Counted from the stretch's first letter, positions 9,274 to 19,623 are shown. The stretch: DNA of 64,000 bases from Candidatus Parcubacteria bacterium (GCA_019658995.1 JAIFWN010000002.1:29262-93261), one strand, 5' to 3'. The notes: generated by a model not told the origin, from the letters alone. A program made the numbers and translations.

Positions 9274-10347
9274 TTACCCAATTATACCACCACCCAAACA
9301 TGCCTCACCGTCGTAAAAAACTATGGATTGGCCCGGGGCGGCAGTTTGCGGGTGGCTGAATTCCACCTCTTTTTGATGCAGAATTACCGGAAATTTGTCC
9401 TGCCTGTATCTGATACGGGCTTCTAAGTGCTTGCTTTTGGGTTCTATAAGCCAGTTTGTATGTTCAAGACCGACTTTGCCAGGTAAGTATGAAGAAACCG
9501 TATGCGGATTATCAGAAACGATGACAGTATTCTTCACCACATCTTTGGCAACTACGAAATATGGCTTTGATTCCGGAGCCTTCTTGGTGATTTCCAGCCC
9601 ATGGCGCTCACCGATAGTGTAGAGCAATGCCCCATTATGCTTACCTATGACCTCGCCGTTTGTATCTAACACTTCACCAGGCTCAGTATGGATAAAGTGT
9701 GAGAGGAATTCCTCTATATCCACGTCTCCGAGGAAGCAGATACCCTGGCTGTCCTTCTTATCCGCTGTCGGTAAACCAAATTTCTTAGCTAGTTTACGCA
9801 CTTCTTCCTTATGCAAGTGTCCGACCGGAAAAAGCACATGCTCAAGGTCTCCCGGGGTCAAAGTCCAGAGGAAGTAGCTCTGATCCTTGTCTTTGTCTGT
9901 GCCTTCGAGTAATTTGCCATCGACATTACGGGCATAATGGCCTGTGGCGATGTAATTCGCACCCATCTCCTTAGCACTTTTCCAAAAAGCTCCGAACTTG
10001 ATTTCCTTGTTGCACATTACATCCGGGTTAGGCGTATGGCCCTTCCGATATTCTTCGATCATGTAATCCGCTACACCCCTTTTGTACTCGTCGGAAAAGT
10101 CAAAGAAAAGAAAAGGGATGTCGAGCCGTGCCGCCACTCTCATGGCATCTCTTCTCTCCTCTCTCCAAGTACAGGGTAAAAAGTCCGGTTGCCAGACCTT
10201 TATGAAAACCCCGGTGACATCGTAGCCCCGCTCTTTTAAGAGTGCCGCCGAGACGGCGCTGTCTACGCCCCCGGAGAGGCCGACGAATACCTTATCTTTA
10301 GAGATATTTCTGGATATTTCTTGTGTGCTCTTCAAGGGTCTTAGCAT
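9274..10347 (-). CDS. mnmA: tRNA-specific 2-thiouridylase
   Basis: SGGVDS, TPNPDVMCN, ATGHYA, KDQSYFL, KDSQGICF; nearest in-frame ATG 10347 overlaps mltG. Confidence 0.96.
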   Translation of the reverse strand: MLRPLKSTQEISRNISKDKVFVGLSGGVDSAVSAALLKERGYDVTGVFIKVWQPDFLPCTWREERRDAMRVAARLDIPFLFFDFSDEYKRGVADYMIEEYRKGHTPNPDVMCNKEIKFGAFWKSAKEMGANYIATGHYARNVDGKLLEGTDKDKDQSYFLWTLTPGDLEHVLFPVGHLHKEEVRKLAKKFGLPTADKKDSQGICFLGDVDIEEFLSHFIHTEPGEVLDTNGEVIGKHNGALLYTIGERHGLEITKKAPESKPYFVVAKDVVKNTVIVSDNPHTVSSYLPGKVGLEHTNWLIEPKSKHLEARIRYRQDKFPVILHQKEVEFSHPQTAAPGQSIVFYDGEACLGGGIIG

Positions 10348-11182
10348 AGTGGGTATTGCCTTCTTTGTCACTGAGGAAGTAGAGGTATGGAGAAGTTTCG
10401 GGATTTGCAGCGGCTTTGATGGATACAAGGCCCGGGTTGTTGATGGGTTTTGGAGGCAGGCCCGCTGTCCTGTAAGTATCAGGCGCAGCATCAACCTGGA
10501 GAGGCATACCTATGGAAATGCGCTTCCAGAGAATGCCGGAGACAAGCCTTTTATCCCTCTCTGTCTGGACTTCGGCCTCTATGACGGAGGCCATCCTGAT
10601 GATTTCATCCTTCGAGCGTTTGGAGTCCGAGATTTCTTTCTCTAAAGTTGCGATTTTTTTATCGAAGTTGCTTTGCATAAGCTCTATGACAGATCCAGCT
10701 GTAGCGTTTATTTGTATGAAATAAGTATCCGGGAACATGTACCCCTCGGGTGCAAGGGATTTAAAGATATCCTTATCGAAGAACGGAAACCTTTCGTCGA
10801 AAAGAGGTGCAATCTCGCTGACTTTGTATCCCTCGGGTATCGTGACCTTTACCAGAGTCAGATCGTGAGAGCCTCTGACCATTCTCCAGGCTAAAGTTAC
10901 AGCATTTTGGGGCTTTCTCAGATTATAGTCGCCCGCCTGTACACCCCTCTCTCCTCCCATGGTGATAACTGCGGCACGGAACCACAAAGCCGAGCGCACG
11001 ACATTTTGCTTTTCGAGCTCGTGAGAGAGCGCCGCGAGGCTGGCACCCTTTTTAATCGTTATGATATTCCCTGCTGGAAAATATCTGGGAGCGGCAAACG
11101 CCAGGACAAAACACAAATTAAACAAAAAAAGCCCCCCGAATACGTATAGCCTCCAGTCCCGCAAAGTTTCCTTCCAAGTCAT
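10298..11182 (-). CDS. mltG: endolytic transglycosylase MltG/YceG
   Basis: VTIPEG, EGYMFPDTY, ASVIEAE, GLPPKPINNPG, YLYF; start MTWKE. Confidence 0.92.
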   Translation of the reverse strand: MTWKETLRDWRLYVFGGLFLFNLCFVLAFAAPRYFPAGNIITIKKGASLAALSHELEKQNVVRSALWFRAAVITMGGERGVQAGDYNLRKPQNAVTLAWRMVRGSHDLTLVKVTIPEGYKVSEIAPLFDERFPFFDKDIFKSLAPEGYMFPDTYFIQINATAGSVIELMQSNFDKKIATLEKEISDSKRSKDEIIRMASVIEAEVQTERDKRLVSGILWKRISIGMPLQVDAAPDTYRTAGLPPKPINNPGLVSIKAAANPETSPYLYFLSDKEGNTHYAKTLEEHTRNIQKYL

Positions 11183-11183
11183 A

Positions 11184-12425
11184 TCAAATGGGCAAGTTAG
11201 CCGGCGCCTCGGCCTTCTTCGAAGGTATACGCTGAAGTGTCGGCGTAGCCGCAACCCCACCCGGGAAGTGGAAAATGGTAGCCAGCTCCTCGGTAGTTAG
11301 AATGAACGGCTTGCCGTTGAAATTTTTGAACGGCGGAGCGAAGAAGGATCGCCTCTTGTAGGCTTCGAGAAGCTGCCTCTCTCTCTGGGCTTTTTCTTTG
11401 CCGAAAGGATCCTGCCACGGGTATTCGAAAGACGCGCTAAAACCGGGCTTGAAACCGTTCAGGGCGCCGGAACCGAACTGGGACATACTGCCTATGAGCC
11501 CTCCGATATTGGTAGGACTGTAGACTTCCTTGTCAGCAAAGTAAGTTGCCCGAATCATTGTATCGAAGGCAGTCTTACCTGTAGTGCGTTCGATAGCAGA
11601 TATCACGTCCTTTTGACCCTGGCTCAAGTGTTTCGTAGAGTCTACCGTCTTGTCGTCCTTATCCTTGAGAATGCCTTCCTTCAAAATTTTCTTGATCTCC
11701 TTTTTTACATTATCTCTCCAGTCTGGTTTCGTAATGATTCTTCCGAGTTTCAGTCCCTCCTTGGTGTGCGCCCGTATGAGTATCTGTATCCAGGCTTGCT
11801 CCCCCTTCCTCATAGAACCCAGGAACTCAAGAACAGCCACAAGAGGATCGTTCTTGAACTCCTCCTTTGGATCCTTATCGAGTCCGTAATCCACATATGT
11901 CTTAATGGGATACGGATCCGGTTTGGTGAGAGCAAATTGCCCGAACCAGCCGAAAGTTATCTTTTCCGGATCCCTATGCACACCGAGCGAATAATCGGAT
12001 GCCTCATGTATTTCTATATTTGGGAACTGGGCATAGAGCTGAGCCTCCACCCTTCTCCTGTATCCCTCGTGACACCAGATGAAGAAGTGCACAGAACCTC
12101 CGATCGAAACCAGCTCGAGAGAGAACCACGGGCGCATTGCTCCCTCTACATACACCTTGATAAGACTCCCGGAGATCGGGTTATAAAGAGTGTTCAAAAA
12201 GAGTTCCATGGCCTGAGGTGATTTACTCATTTCCCGCGGAAGTTTGATCTCAAGGAGCACGCTACCCTGTTTGCGTACCCACTCGCGCCGCTTGAGCTCT
12301 ATCCAGATATCAAAAAGAAAGCCCACCACAAAGGCTGTTATCCAGAGAGGCGAGGTCACCCTGGCAATGTGAAGGAAGTTGCGTACGAACTCAGTATCGA
12401 AAGAGGCAGAGAGCGCATCTAGCAT
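11184..12425 (-). CDS. conserved CPR membrane-anchored hypothetical protein
   Basis: LLEIKLPRE..KSPQAME, WFSLELVS.GG, YPIKTY, ILTTEELATIFHFP. Confidence 0.7.
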   Translation of the reverse strand: MLDALSASFDTEFVRNFLHIARVTSPLWITAFVVGFLFDIWIELKRREWVRKQGSVLLEIKLPREMSKSPQAMELFLNTLYNPISGSLIKVYVEGAMRPWFSLELVSIGGSVHFFIWCHEGYRRRVEAQLYAQFPNIEIHEASDYSLGVHRDPEKITFGWFGQFALTKPDPYPIKTYVDYGLDKDPKEEFKNDPLVAVLEFLGSMRKGEQAWIQILIRAHTKEGLKLGRIITKPDWRDNVKKEIKKILKEGILKDKDDKTVDSTKHLSQGQKDVISAIERTTGKTAFDTMIRATYFADKEVYSPTNIGGLIGSMSQFGSGALNGFKPGFSASFEYPWQDPFGKEKAQRERQLLEAYKRRSFFAPPFKNFNGKPFILTTEELATIFHFPGGVAATPTLQRIPSKKAEAPANLPI

Positions 12426-12464
12426 CTATTTATATTAGCACGCCCGCCTGCGCAGGCAGGAATC

Positions 12465-13502
12465 CTAGACGGCGTGGTAGCGTCCGGAAGGATCCTTCTT
12501 AAAATATTTTGGATTCTGAAGGTTAACCATAATGGTGTTTTCCTTGACGTAACGCTCCTTCAGCACTTTTTTGATCACCTCGTCCTTAGTTAAAGGGCCC
12601 TCCTTCTCCAGAATTTTCTTGATCACGTCTTTGACCACACCGGACATGTAACCCCATTCGGCAAGAGCATAAAGTCCGCGACCGACGAGGACGAAACGCG
12701 GATCCTTTATAAGCTCGTTGTGAGTAGTTGCTACGTGGGCCTTCTTATCAAAATACTGGGAAATTGCCTTAGCCACCTCCTTAAAATGTATAGGTGAGCC
12801 ATGTTTTCTTATGACCAGAAAAGCATAGTCACGCATGCCTTTGGCATTGACGTTAGGCGAAGTGGCACGTCCCCACTCTCCCAGAGGATTCTTGCCAATC
12901 TTGTTCGATATTGAGAGCCAACGCTTGATGACCTCCTCGTTCTTGTACTTGTCATTCAGATCCTTTACCTCTTCGAGGAAGTCATCTATGAGGTCGCTCT
13001 CGAGCACCAGCTCATCATCGGAAAGTTTGGAATAAAGCTTGCGAAGGGCTCCCTGTATGCGCTTGGCGAGCTCCGGATCGACATGCCAGCGGTGCTTGAA
13101 CTCCTCGTCCTCCTTCTCGCGTATAAACTCCTCACCGATAACCAGGAGAAAGTTCAAATGATTCTGGGTGGACTGGTCTTTGGACAAATGCTTGAGGAGA
13201 TCCTTTTCCGAAACAATGCCCCCGAGCTCAAGCACCAGGGCCTTAAGCTCGTCGAACACCGGGCGGAGATCCTTATACTCCTTAGATTTCCTTATGATTG
13301 TGAGAGAGTGGTTCTCTATCTGCCGTACACGCTCGCGGGTAATCTCGTATTTCTTGCCGATGGCATCCAGAGTCATCCTTGTGGCTTTAACGCCGAGGCC
13401 GTATCTGTTTTCGATTACATCTTGACCGCGTTTGGAGAGGACGGAAAGCAGGCGCTTCGTGACCGCCTTAGGTTTGAAACTAAGTGTGAACTTATCACTC
13501 AT
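12465..13502 (-). CDS. sigma-70 region 4 HTH plus winged-helix protein
   Basis: TLDAIGKKYEITRERVRQIE; THNELIKDPRFVLVGRGLYAL; start MSDKF. Confidence 0.85.
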   Translation of the reverse strand: MSDKFTLSFKPKAVTKRLLSVLSKRGQDVIENRYGLGVKATRMTLDAIGKKYEITRERVRQIENHSLTIIRKSKEYKDLRPVFDELKALVLELGGIVSEKDLLKHLSKDQSTQNHLNFLLVIGEEFIREKEDEEFKHRWHVDPELAKRIQGALRKLYSKLSDDELVLESDLIDDFLEEVKDLNDKYKNEEVIKRWLSISNKIGKNPLGEWGRATSPNVNAKGMRDYAFLVIRKHGSPIHFKEVAKAISQYFDKKAHVATTHNELIKDPRFVLVGRGLYALAEWGYMSGVVKDVIKKILEKEGPLTKDEVIKKVLKERYVKENTIMVNLQNPKYFKKDPSGRYHAV

Positions 13503-13549
13503 GACTTCTGCTATTTCTATCACCCCCCGCTATCCATGTCAAGTACTAG

Positions 13550-16288
13550 TCAAGAAACGACAAAGTTGATGATTTTACCCGGCACTATAATAACTTTTTT
13601 GACTTCCCTATTCTCAAGCCACTTGCTAACTTCTGGCAGATCTTTTGTTAATTTCTCGAGCTCATCTTTAGAAATTTCCTTAGGGACAGTCAAGCTTGCG
13701 CGTACCTTGCCGTTTACCTGTATAGCTACTGTGATTTCATCCCTTATCAGTTTAGATTCATCATATTTGGGCCAGATTTCCTTCTGTAACGAAGATCGGT
13801 GGCCAAGTATCTCCCAGAGTTCCTCGGTAATGTGGGGAGCGAATGGTGAGAGTACAAGTAAAAAGTTTTGAAATTCCTCCATGGATATCTTCTCTTTCTT
13901 CTCGAGCAAGTTGGCCCAGACCATCATCGCTGAAACTGCGGTGTTGAAACCCATACTTTCTATGTCTTCGGACACTTTTTTTATAGTTGAATGCATTGCT
14001 TGCTCGTCTGAGACCCCGCCGAGCTTGTCCTGCAGCCTCCAAACACGCTCCAGAAATCTTCTCGGACCTACAAGCGCGTCATCGTTCCATTGAATCGCCT
14101 GCTCGAACGGGCCCATGAACATCTCATAGAGCCGCAGGGTATCGGCGCCGAAACGGTCTATTATCGAATCGGGATTAACTACATTACCCTTAGATTTGCT
14201 CATCTTGTCCCCCTGAGGCGCTAGTATTACTCCTTGAGAGGTACGCTTTTTATAAGGTTCGCTCGTGGGCACGAGACCGAGATCGAATAAGAACTTATTC
14301 CAGAAACGGGAGTACAGAAGATGGAGCGTGGTGTGTTCCATGCCACCGTTATACCAATCAATAGGCATCCAATGTTTAAGTTTACTCTTTGATGCAAACT
14401 CCTGGTCATTTTTCGGATCCGTATAACGGTAGAAATACCATGAAGAACCAGCCCAATTTGGCATGACGTCCGTCTCTCTTTTGGCTTCGCCACTACATTT
14501 AGGACACTTAATATTTACCCACTCCTCCACATTGGCCAGAGGTGACTCGCCGGTATCGGTAGGTTGGTACTTGTCTATCTTAGGCAGTTCTACGGGTAAA
14601 TCCTTCTCTGGAACTGCCACGTAACCACACTTCTCGCAATGTATTATTGGTATCGGCTCGCCCCAGTACCGCTGGCGGGAAAAAATCCAGTCGCGGAGTT
14701 TGTATCGAGTCACCTTTTTGCCAAACTTCTCGGCGATCTTCAGTCGTGCTTCATCGATTGGCATACCATCGAACTCACCGGAATTCATGAGGAAGCCGAT
14801 CTCTTCGAACTTACCACCCTCGGTCGAGCCAGCTGCGGCGTATAAGTTATTGCCCCGGGATCTGTTCCAGGCCAGACGCATATCCGGATTGGTTATGAAA
14901 GATTCCATCTCTTCAGGAGTCAGCCAGAAGAGTCGGTGGAGCTTGCGCTCTTCTTCCGCGACATTTGCCATGTCACCATCTTTTAATTTGTATAGAACTG
15001 GTTCGAAGTGGGCAAAGCGATTCACGTTCTTCTCAGTTTGGAAGAATTGGGCATGGATCTTACCAGGTATTACCTTCATGATCTCCGGATTTTTGTATCC
15101 CGTCTCTTCCACTATCTCGCGCAGACCGGCATCAGCCGCGCTCTCACCCTCTTCGATACCCCCGATACTGAAACCTCTCCAGCCGGTGGTACCCCAATCT
15201 ACTCCGAGATATTTGTCCTCTGACCAGTGCTTGATAATTGAAACTACGGCGCGACGCTCCTTTACCGGCACATCGGTGCGAAACCCGTCCTTGCCGCCGA
15301 TCTTTCTCACCAACGGTTCGATAACTTCTTTAAGCGGCAAAACGTGTTTCCTAGCAAACTCGTAGTCTCGCTCGTCGTGCGCGGGCACGCCCATAATAGC
15401 TCCTGTGCCGTAGTCGGCCATCACATACTCAGATTCCCAGACTGGGATTTTTTCTTTCGTAGCCGGATTGGTCACATATTGGCCGGTAAACCTGTCTTCC
15501 TTCCCCGCCTTAACGATAAAAGTAGCTCCGAAGATCGTGTCCGGTCTCGTGGTAAAGACCTCGATATCATCAAACTTAACTAAAGCCCCTTCGCTCCTTC
15601 CTATCCAGTTTCTCTGCTGAGCCTTAACGCTCTCCGGATAATCCACATCATCCAGATCCTTCAAAAGTCTCTCGGCATATTTGGTAATAGCGAGCATCCA
15701 CTGCTCCTTCTCGCGCTTTTCCACTACCGTGCCGCAACGTTCGCAGCGACCATCGACCACCTCCTCATTTGCGAGCACTATTTTATCTTTAGGACACCAG
15801 TTCACCTCCGTCTTGGCCTTGTACGCCAAACCTTTTTCGAAAAACTTCAGGAATATCCACTGCGTCCACTTGTAATACTTGGGATCAGTCGTGTTTACCT
15901 CGCGCGACCAATCGAAGGACAAGCCGAGTGACTTCATCTGCTTCCGGAAGTTGTCAGTATTCTCTTTTGTGATCTCCGCGGGTTGGCGTCCGGTCTTAAT
16001 AGCGTAGTTTTCCGTCGGCAGACCGAAGGCGTCCCAGCCTATCGGATATAGAACGTTATAGCCCTGCATACGTCGCTTGCGCGAGACTATATCTAAAGCG
16101 GTGTAGCTTCGTACATGGCCCACATGCAACCCGTCTCCGGAGGGATACGGGAACTCGATAAGCGAATACCACTTAGGCTTCTTACCGAGAATTGGGAAAG
16201 GGCTCGGATCTTTGGCTTCAAATGCCTTTTCCTCCTCCCATTTCCTCTGCCACTTCTGCTCTATCTCTTTAGGTTCATATTCTCTCAT
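13550..16288 (-). CDS. leuS: leucine--tRNA ligase with inserted Nudix domain
   Basis: FPYPSGDGLHVGH (HIGH), KMSKS, TTRPDT, SRQRYWGEPIP; Nudix box at 15095-15163. Confidence 0.98.
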   Translation of the reverse strand: MREYEPKEIEQKWQRKWEEEKAFEAKDPSPFPILGKKPKWYSLIEFPYPSGDGLHVGHVRSYTALDIVSRKRRMQGYNVLYPIGWDAFGLPTENYAIKTGRQPAEITKENTDNFRKQMKSLGLSFDWSREVNTTDPKYYKWTQWIFLKFFEKGLAYKAKTEVNWCPKDKIVLANEEVVDGRCERCGTVVEKREKEQWMLAITKYAERLLKDLDDVDYPESVKAQQRNWIGRSEGALVKFDDIEVFTTRPDTIFGATFIVKAGKEDRFTGQYVTNPATKEKIPVWESEYVMADYGTGAIMGVPAHDERDYEFARKHVLPLKEVIEPLVRKIGGKDGFRTDVPVKERRAVVSIIKHWSEDKYLGVDWGTTGWRGFSIGGIEEGESAADAGLREIVEETGYKNPEIMKVIPGKIHAQFFQTEKNVNRFAHFEPVLYKLKDGDMANVAEEERKLHRLFWLTPEEMESFITNPDMRLAWNRSRGNNLYAAAGSTEGGKFEEIGFLMNSGEFDGMPIDEARLKIAEKFGKKVTRYKLRDWIFSRQRYWGEPIPIIHCEKCGYVAVPEKDLPVELPKIDKYQPTDTGESPLANVEEWVNIKCPKCSGEAKRETDVMPNWAGSSWYFYRYTDPKNDQEFASKSKLKHWMPIDWYNGGMEHTTLHLLYSRFWNKFLFDLGLVPTSEPYKKRTSQGVILAPQGDKMSKSKGNVVNPDSIIDRFGADTLRLYEMFMGPFEQAIQWNDDALVGPRRFLERVWRLQDKLGGVSDEQAMHSTIKKVSEDIESMGFNTAVSAMMVWANLLEKKEKISMEEFQNFLLVLSPFAPHITEELWEILGHRSSLQKEIWPKYDESKLIRDEITVAIQVNGKVRASLTVPKEISKDELEKLTKDLPEVSKWLENREVKKVIIVPGKIINFVVS

Positions 16289-16294
16289 CGGAGA

Positions 16295-17257
16295 TTATCT
16301 CTTGATCGGAGGATAGAAGTCGGGATCGATAGTGCGATCATAGCAATAGTGCCCAGCCGGGTGCGCCCAGTTATTCTGGCCCTTCATCATCGCCGGTTCG
16401 GAAGACATTGTTGCGCGGAAAGGCATCATTGGATAAACACCGCCGCCGTAGTTTATATTCTCGGGAGTTTCGCGGTCGAAATAAGCACAGAGCTTGAAGG
16501 AGAGATTCCCGGTTTTCTGATATTCGTAAGGTAAGCCAGAAGCCGGGTCGGAAGGAATATTCCAACCGGAGAGCTCGTTTTTGGCCAGATCGTCCATGCT
16601 TACGGGCAAAGCTTCTTTCTGCTGCCAGTAGCTTATAACTTGCCACTGGATATTCTCGAGATGCATTACTCTGTCGGAGTCGCGACGGTATGCTCTCTGC
16701 GTTGCTGGCGAGCCAAGGACGACGAATCCGGCAATTATCGAACCTGCCACAAGCACAGTGGCGAGGATCCTCCAGGCCATTCTGTTTCGTGCAGTCAGCT
16801 TATTCCAGAGATCCTGCAGATAGTAAACAAAGACGGTGCCGGCGACGACCAGCACTGCGAGAACCTTAAGCAGAAAGCCGGTAGTGATCTCCTGTCCGTC
16901 AAGGAACTGGTAAACCAGAGTAATGAGATCTATAGCTACGGCGATGCCGGCGAAGAAGAGGGTTACATACACGAGCCACTTGCGGAGTGCCGCATCACGG
17001 AGCGAAGGATCGCTCTGATAGCTTCTTTGCACCAGCCAGGAGAGGACGATGAAGAGCGGAAAGACGATAATCAGGGTTGCTACCGGGAGGCTTATGGGGC
17101 TCGAGACGTAGTAGTACGAGGCGTACTCGGGCATCCTCGGAAATGCGGTATCAATGATTCTGAATAAGAGATTTATAAGTGCAATGGCTCCTGCATAAAG
17201 TGCAGCCAGAGCTCCAATCTGCAAAAAGAAATCCTTGGCGGTGATTTTGGTATTCAT
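16295..17257 (-). CDS. DUF5671-like membrane protein
   Basis: AKDFFL, RKWLVYVTLF, GSPATQR..R.D..R, DPASGLPYEY, FKLCAYF. Confidence 0.75.
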   Translation of the reverse strand: MNTKITAKDFFLQIGALAALYAGAIALINLLFRIIDTAFPRMPEYASYYYVSSPISLPVATLIIVFPLFIVLSWLVQRSYQSDPSLRDAALRKWLVYVTLFFAGIAVAIDLITLVYQFLDGQEITTGFLLKVLAVLVVAGTVFVYYLQDLWNKLTARNRMAWRILATVLVAGSIIAGFVVLGSPATQRAYRRDSDRVMHLENIQWQVISYWQQKEALPVSMDDLAKNELSGWNIPSDPASGLPYEYQKTGNLSFKLCAYFDRETPENINYGGGVYPMMPFRATMSSEPAMMKGQNNWAHPAGHYCYDRTIDPDFYPPIKR

Positions 17258-17264
17258 AGGTCTA

Positions 17265-18081
17265 TTATATCAAAAACTCGACTACGTCGCCGTCTTGCAC
17301 GATATACTCTTTGCCTTCCGTACGTACCCAGCCTTTGGCCTTAGCAGCGGGATATGATCCGGCTTCCAGAAGTTTGTCGTAGTGTATTACTTCTGCCCGT
17401 ATAAACTTCTCCATGAAGTCCGTGTGGATCGATTTGGCTGCGAATGGTGCAGTGGCTCCACGCTTCCCTGGTCCAGGCTCTAGACTCCTTCTCCCCCGTA
17501 GTGAAGAAAGTGATGAGATTTAGGAGGTCGTAGCTGGCTTGTACGAGTTTATCGAGACCCGTGCCGAAGATCGGATCTATTTCTATATACGGTCCTGGGA
17601 TCTTGTCTAAAATTTCCCTGTGGTTGTCCGCCGCTTCGGAAGTGTTCACTACATAGAGTATGGGCTTGTCGATGCCGGCAGCCTTGAGCTCCATATTGAT
17701 AATCTCGATATCGAAGAGCGGATCGACTTTGTCGTACACATGAATGATGTCTTTGTCTTCAAAAATTCTGACTACTTCTATAATTGCGTCGACTTCTCGG
17801 ATATGAGAGAGGAATTTGTTACCCAGGCCCGCCCCCTCACTTGCTCCTTTAACTAAGCCAGCAATGTCGACGAATTCGACTACGGCTGGGATAGTCTTCT
17901 TCGATTTGCTCATGGCCGAAAGCTTATCCAGGCGCTCGTCCGGCACAGGCACGATACCGACAGACGGATCTATGGTGCAGAAGGGGTAATTCTCCGCCGG
18001 CACGCTCTTCTTGGTAAGCGCATTGAAGAGCGTGCTCTTCCCAACATTCGGCAATCCTACGATACCAATTGACAGAGACAT
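17265..18081 (-). pseudogene. ychF: Obg-like ATPase YchF, one-base frameshift near 17466-17468
   Basis: [25 protein letters not shown]; C-terminal IHTDF..FIRAEV..EGKEYIVQDGDVVEFLI* lies in a shifted frame. Confidence 0.88.
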
Positions 18082-18130
18082 ATTGAATCAGTATTGTAGC
18101 GAAAGAAAACAACAACCACAAGGATGTCTC

Positions 18131-18421
18131 ATGCTGGGTCAAGCTTCCGTTTTGTTCCTCCAATACCGAGTGCCTGGAGATTGGATTTCCCTTCTGGTAA
18201 TCGCGCTCATATCTTGCCTGCTGTATTTGGCGAGCGATCAGTCAAATCGGAAGAAACTGTGGTATCTAGGCTGTGTTCTACTCTCGATGTACGGCCTAGC
18301 CTTGATCATCAGTTTCGATTGGCTGATAGGCCTGATTCTTTGTGTAGCCGGTATTTGGTTTGCCTTTCTTACGCATACGTACTGGCCACAACCATCATCT
18401 AATGTACCGCGGTCGTCATGA
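18131..18421 (+). CDS. orphan small membrane protein (~3 TM)
   Basis: TTGACA(18069)-N17-TATTGT promoter, AAGGA SD, hairpin 18406-18428 containing the TGA. Confidence 0.65.
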   Translation: MLGQASVLFLQYRVPGDWISLLVIALISCLLYLASDQSNRKKLWYLGCVLLSMYGLALIISFDWLIGLILCVAGIWFAFLTHTYWPQPSSNVPRSS

Positions 18422-18504
18422 CTGCGGTTGTTTTAACTAAATTAGCTTGACTTATTATACAATAAATAGTACTCTACGTATAGACTCAGAGATGGGAGAA
18501 CCCC

Positions 18505-18720
18505 ATGGCGACCCAGGCCGGCCCTAGATTGCATGTCCACACGAACGGTGGATTCGTAACCCTCGAGAAGACGCCCCGCGGCACCATATCCTTCAAAGTT
18601 GAAGGTGGCAGCATGTTCGGGGGCCAAGCCTCTTCGAGACCGAGCGAGTGCGATCAAAGGGATACCGAGGAAGTAGCACAGTGGTTTCGGGAGCAATTCC
18701 CCGCCACTCAGAGCTACTGA
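18505..18720 (+). CDS. orphan hypothetical protein (71 aa)
   Basis: TTGACT(18447)-N17-TACTCT, GGGAGA SD, terminator 18731-18757. Confidence 0.6.
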   Translation: MATQAGPRLHVHTNGGFVTLEKTPRGTISFKVEGGSMFGGQASSRPSECDQRDTEEVAQWFREQFPATQSY

Positions 18721-18730
18721 CCTGAATACG

Positions 18731-18757
18731 AAAGACCGCGACGAGGCGGTCTTTTTT
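18731..18757 (+). terminator. intrinsic (possibly bidirectional) terminator
   Basis: AAAGACCGC-GACGAG-GCGGTCTTT TTT between convergent genes. Confidence 0.8.
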
Positions 18758-18758
18758 A

Positions 18759-19340
18759 CTACTTAGCTTTTCTGCCTAAGTTGAAAACTTTGCGCTTGAT
18801 GCGCTCGCGGCGGCCAGTAGTGCCGAAGTGCTTCAAATATCCAAATTGTTTCTTGCGGATGGGGCTGAAGCCGGCAAACCAGAGGATACCCTTCCGGAGC
18901 TCGTTGGTGGTATCGCCAAAGACAAGCCATTGGGCGAGGGGGATGGTGTCTGAGGTAATGATCATGCGGGCCGACTTTCCCTTCATGAGCTTCTTCCAGC
19001 TGAAGTCACCGGTGAAGTTGAAGGCGAAGCCAGGCAGCCATACCCTGTCGAAGAGTCCCTTCAAAAGAGCCGGCATGGTAGACCACCAAGATGGATAAAG
19101 GACGACGAAGTGGTCGCACCAGCGCATGTTCTCCTGGAAGGCCAGGAGGTCCGGCTCGAGCTCCTGCCGCACCTTGTAGCCATGATGGAGGATGGGATCG
19201 AACTGCATGTCCCCGATATTCATCCGGCGCACTTCATGTCCGGCCCCAGAGGCTCCGCGCTCATATTCGGAGGCCAGAGTACTATTAAAGGAATCCTTGT
19301 CAGGGTGACCAAGGAGTATAAATACTTTCTTTTGTTTCAT
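18759..19340 (-). CDS. NAD(P)H-dependent oxidoreductase, flavodoxin-like (MdaB/quinone reductase family)
   Basis: GHPDKDSFN, YPSWWSTMPALLKGLFDRVWLPGFAF. Confidence 0.9.
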   Translation of the reverse strand: MKQKKVFILLGHPDKDSFNSTLASEYERGASGAGHEVRRMNIGDMQFDPILHHGYKVRQELEPDLLAFQENMRWCDHFVVLYPSWWSTMPALLKGLFDRVWLPGFAFNFTGDFSWKKLMKGKSARMIITSDTIPLAQWLVFGDTTNELRKGILWFAGFSPIRKKQFGYLKHFGTTGRRERIKRKVFNLGRKAK

Positions 19341-19564
19341 CGCATTAACTTCTGAAATTCTGCCTGGTGCTCGCGCATCACGGCCATAGTAGCCTCCATC
19401 TCGCTCTGTCCGCTCTTCTTGCGCTTCTCCACCTCCTTGCCAATTTTTTTAAAAAATTCTGGATTTCTCTCCATCACGCCCATGATCATATCTCTCTGGG
19501 CTTCAGGTACCCCCTTGAGCTTGTGCTTCAGCACCTGCCTCAGCATAAAATCTTTTATTCCCAT
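19337..19564 (-). CDS. small conserved CPR hypothetical protein
   Basis: LKGVPEAQRDMI..MERNPEFFKKI..G.SEM.A.M.VM; TATAAT 6 nt before ATG. Confidence 0.7.
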   Translation of the reverse strand: MGIKDFMLRQVLKHKLKGVPEAQRDMIMGVMERNPEFFKKIGKEVEKRKKSGQSEMEATMAVMREHQAEFQKLMR

Positions 19565-19587
19565 GATTGTATTATATACCATTAGCC

Positions 19588-19623
19588 AAAGCGCCCTGAC
19601 CGTAAGGTCCAGGGCGCTTTTTT
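19588..19623. terminator. terminator-like hairpin
   Basis: AAAGCGCCCTG...CAGGGCGCTTT stem downstream of the DUF5679-like gene. Confidence 0.7.

Noticed and set aside
10348-10494. Long N-terminal extension of mnmA (and similar upstream starts for udg, mltG, ddl, uvrC, S8, truB, rpsP)
   Set aside because: These overlap neighbouring genes; downstream ATGs fit homology and promoter or SD position better.
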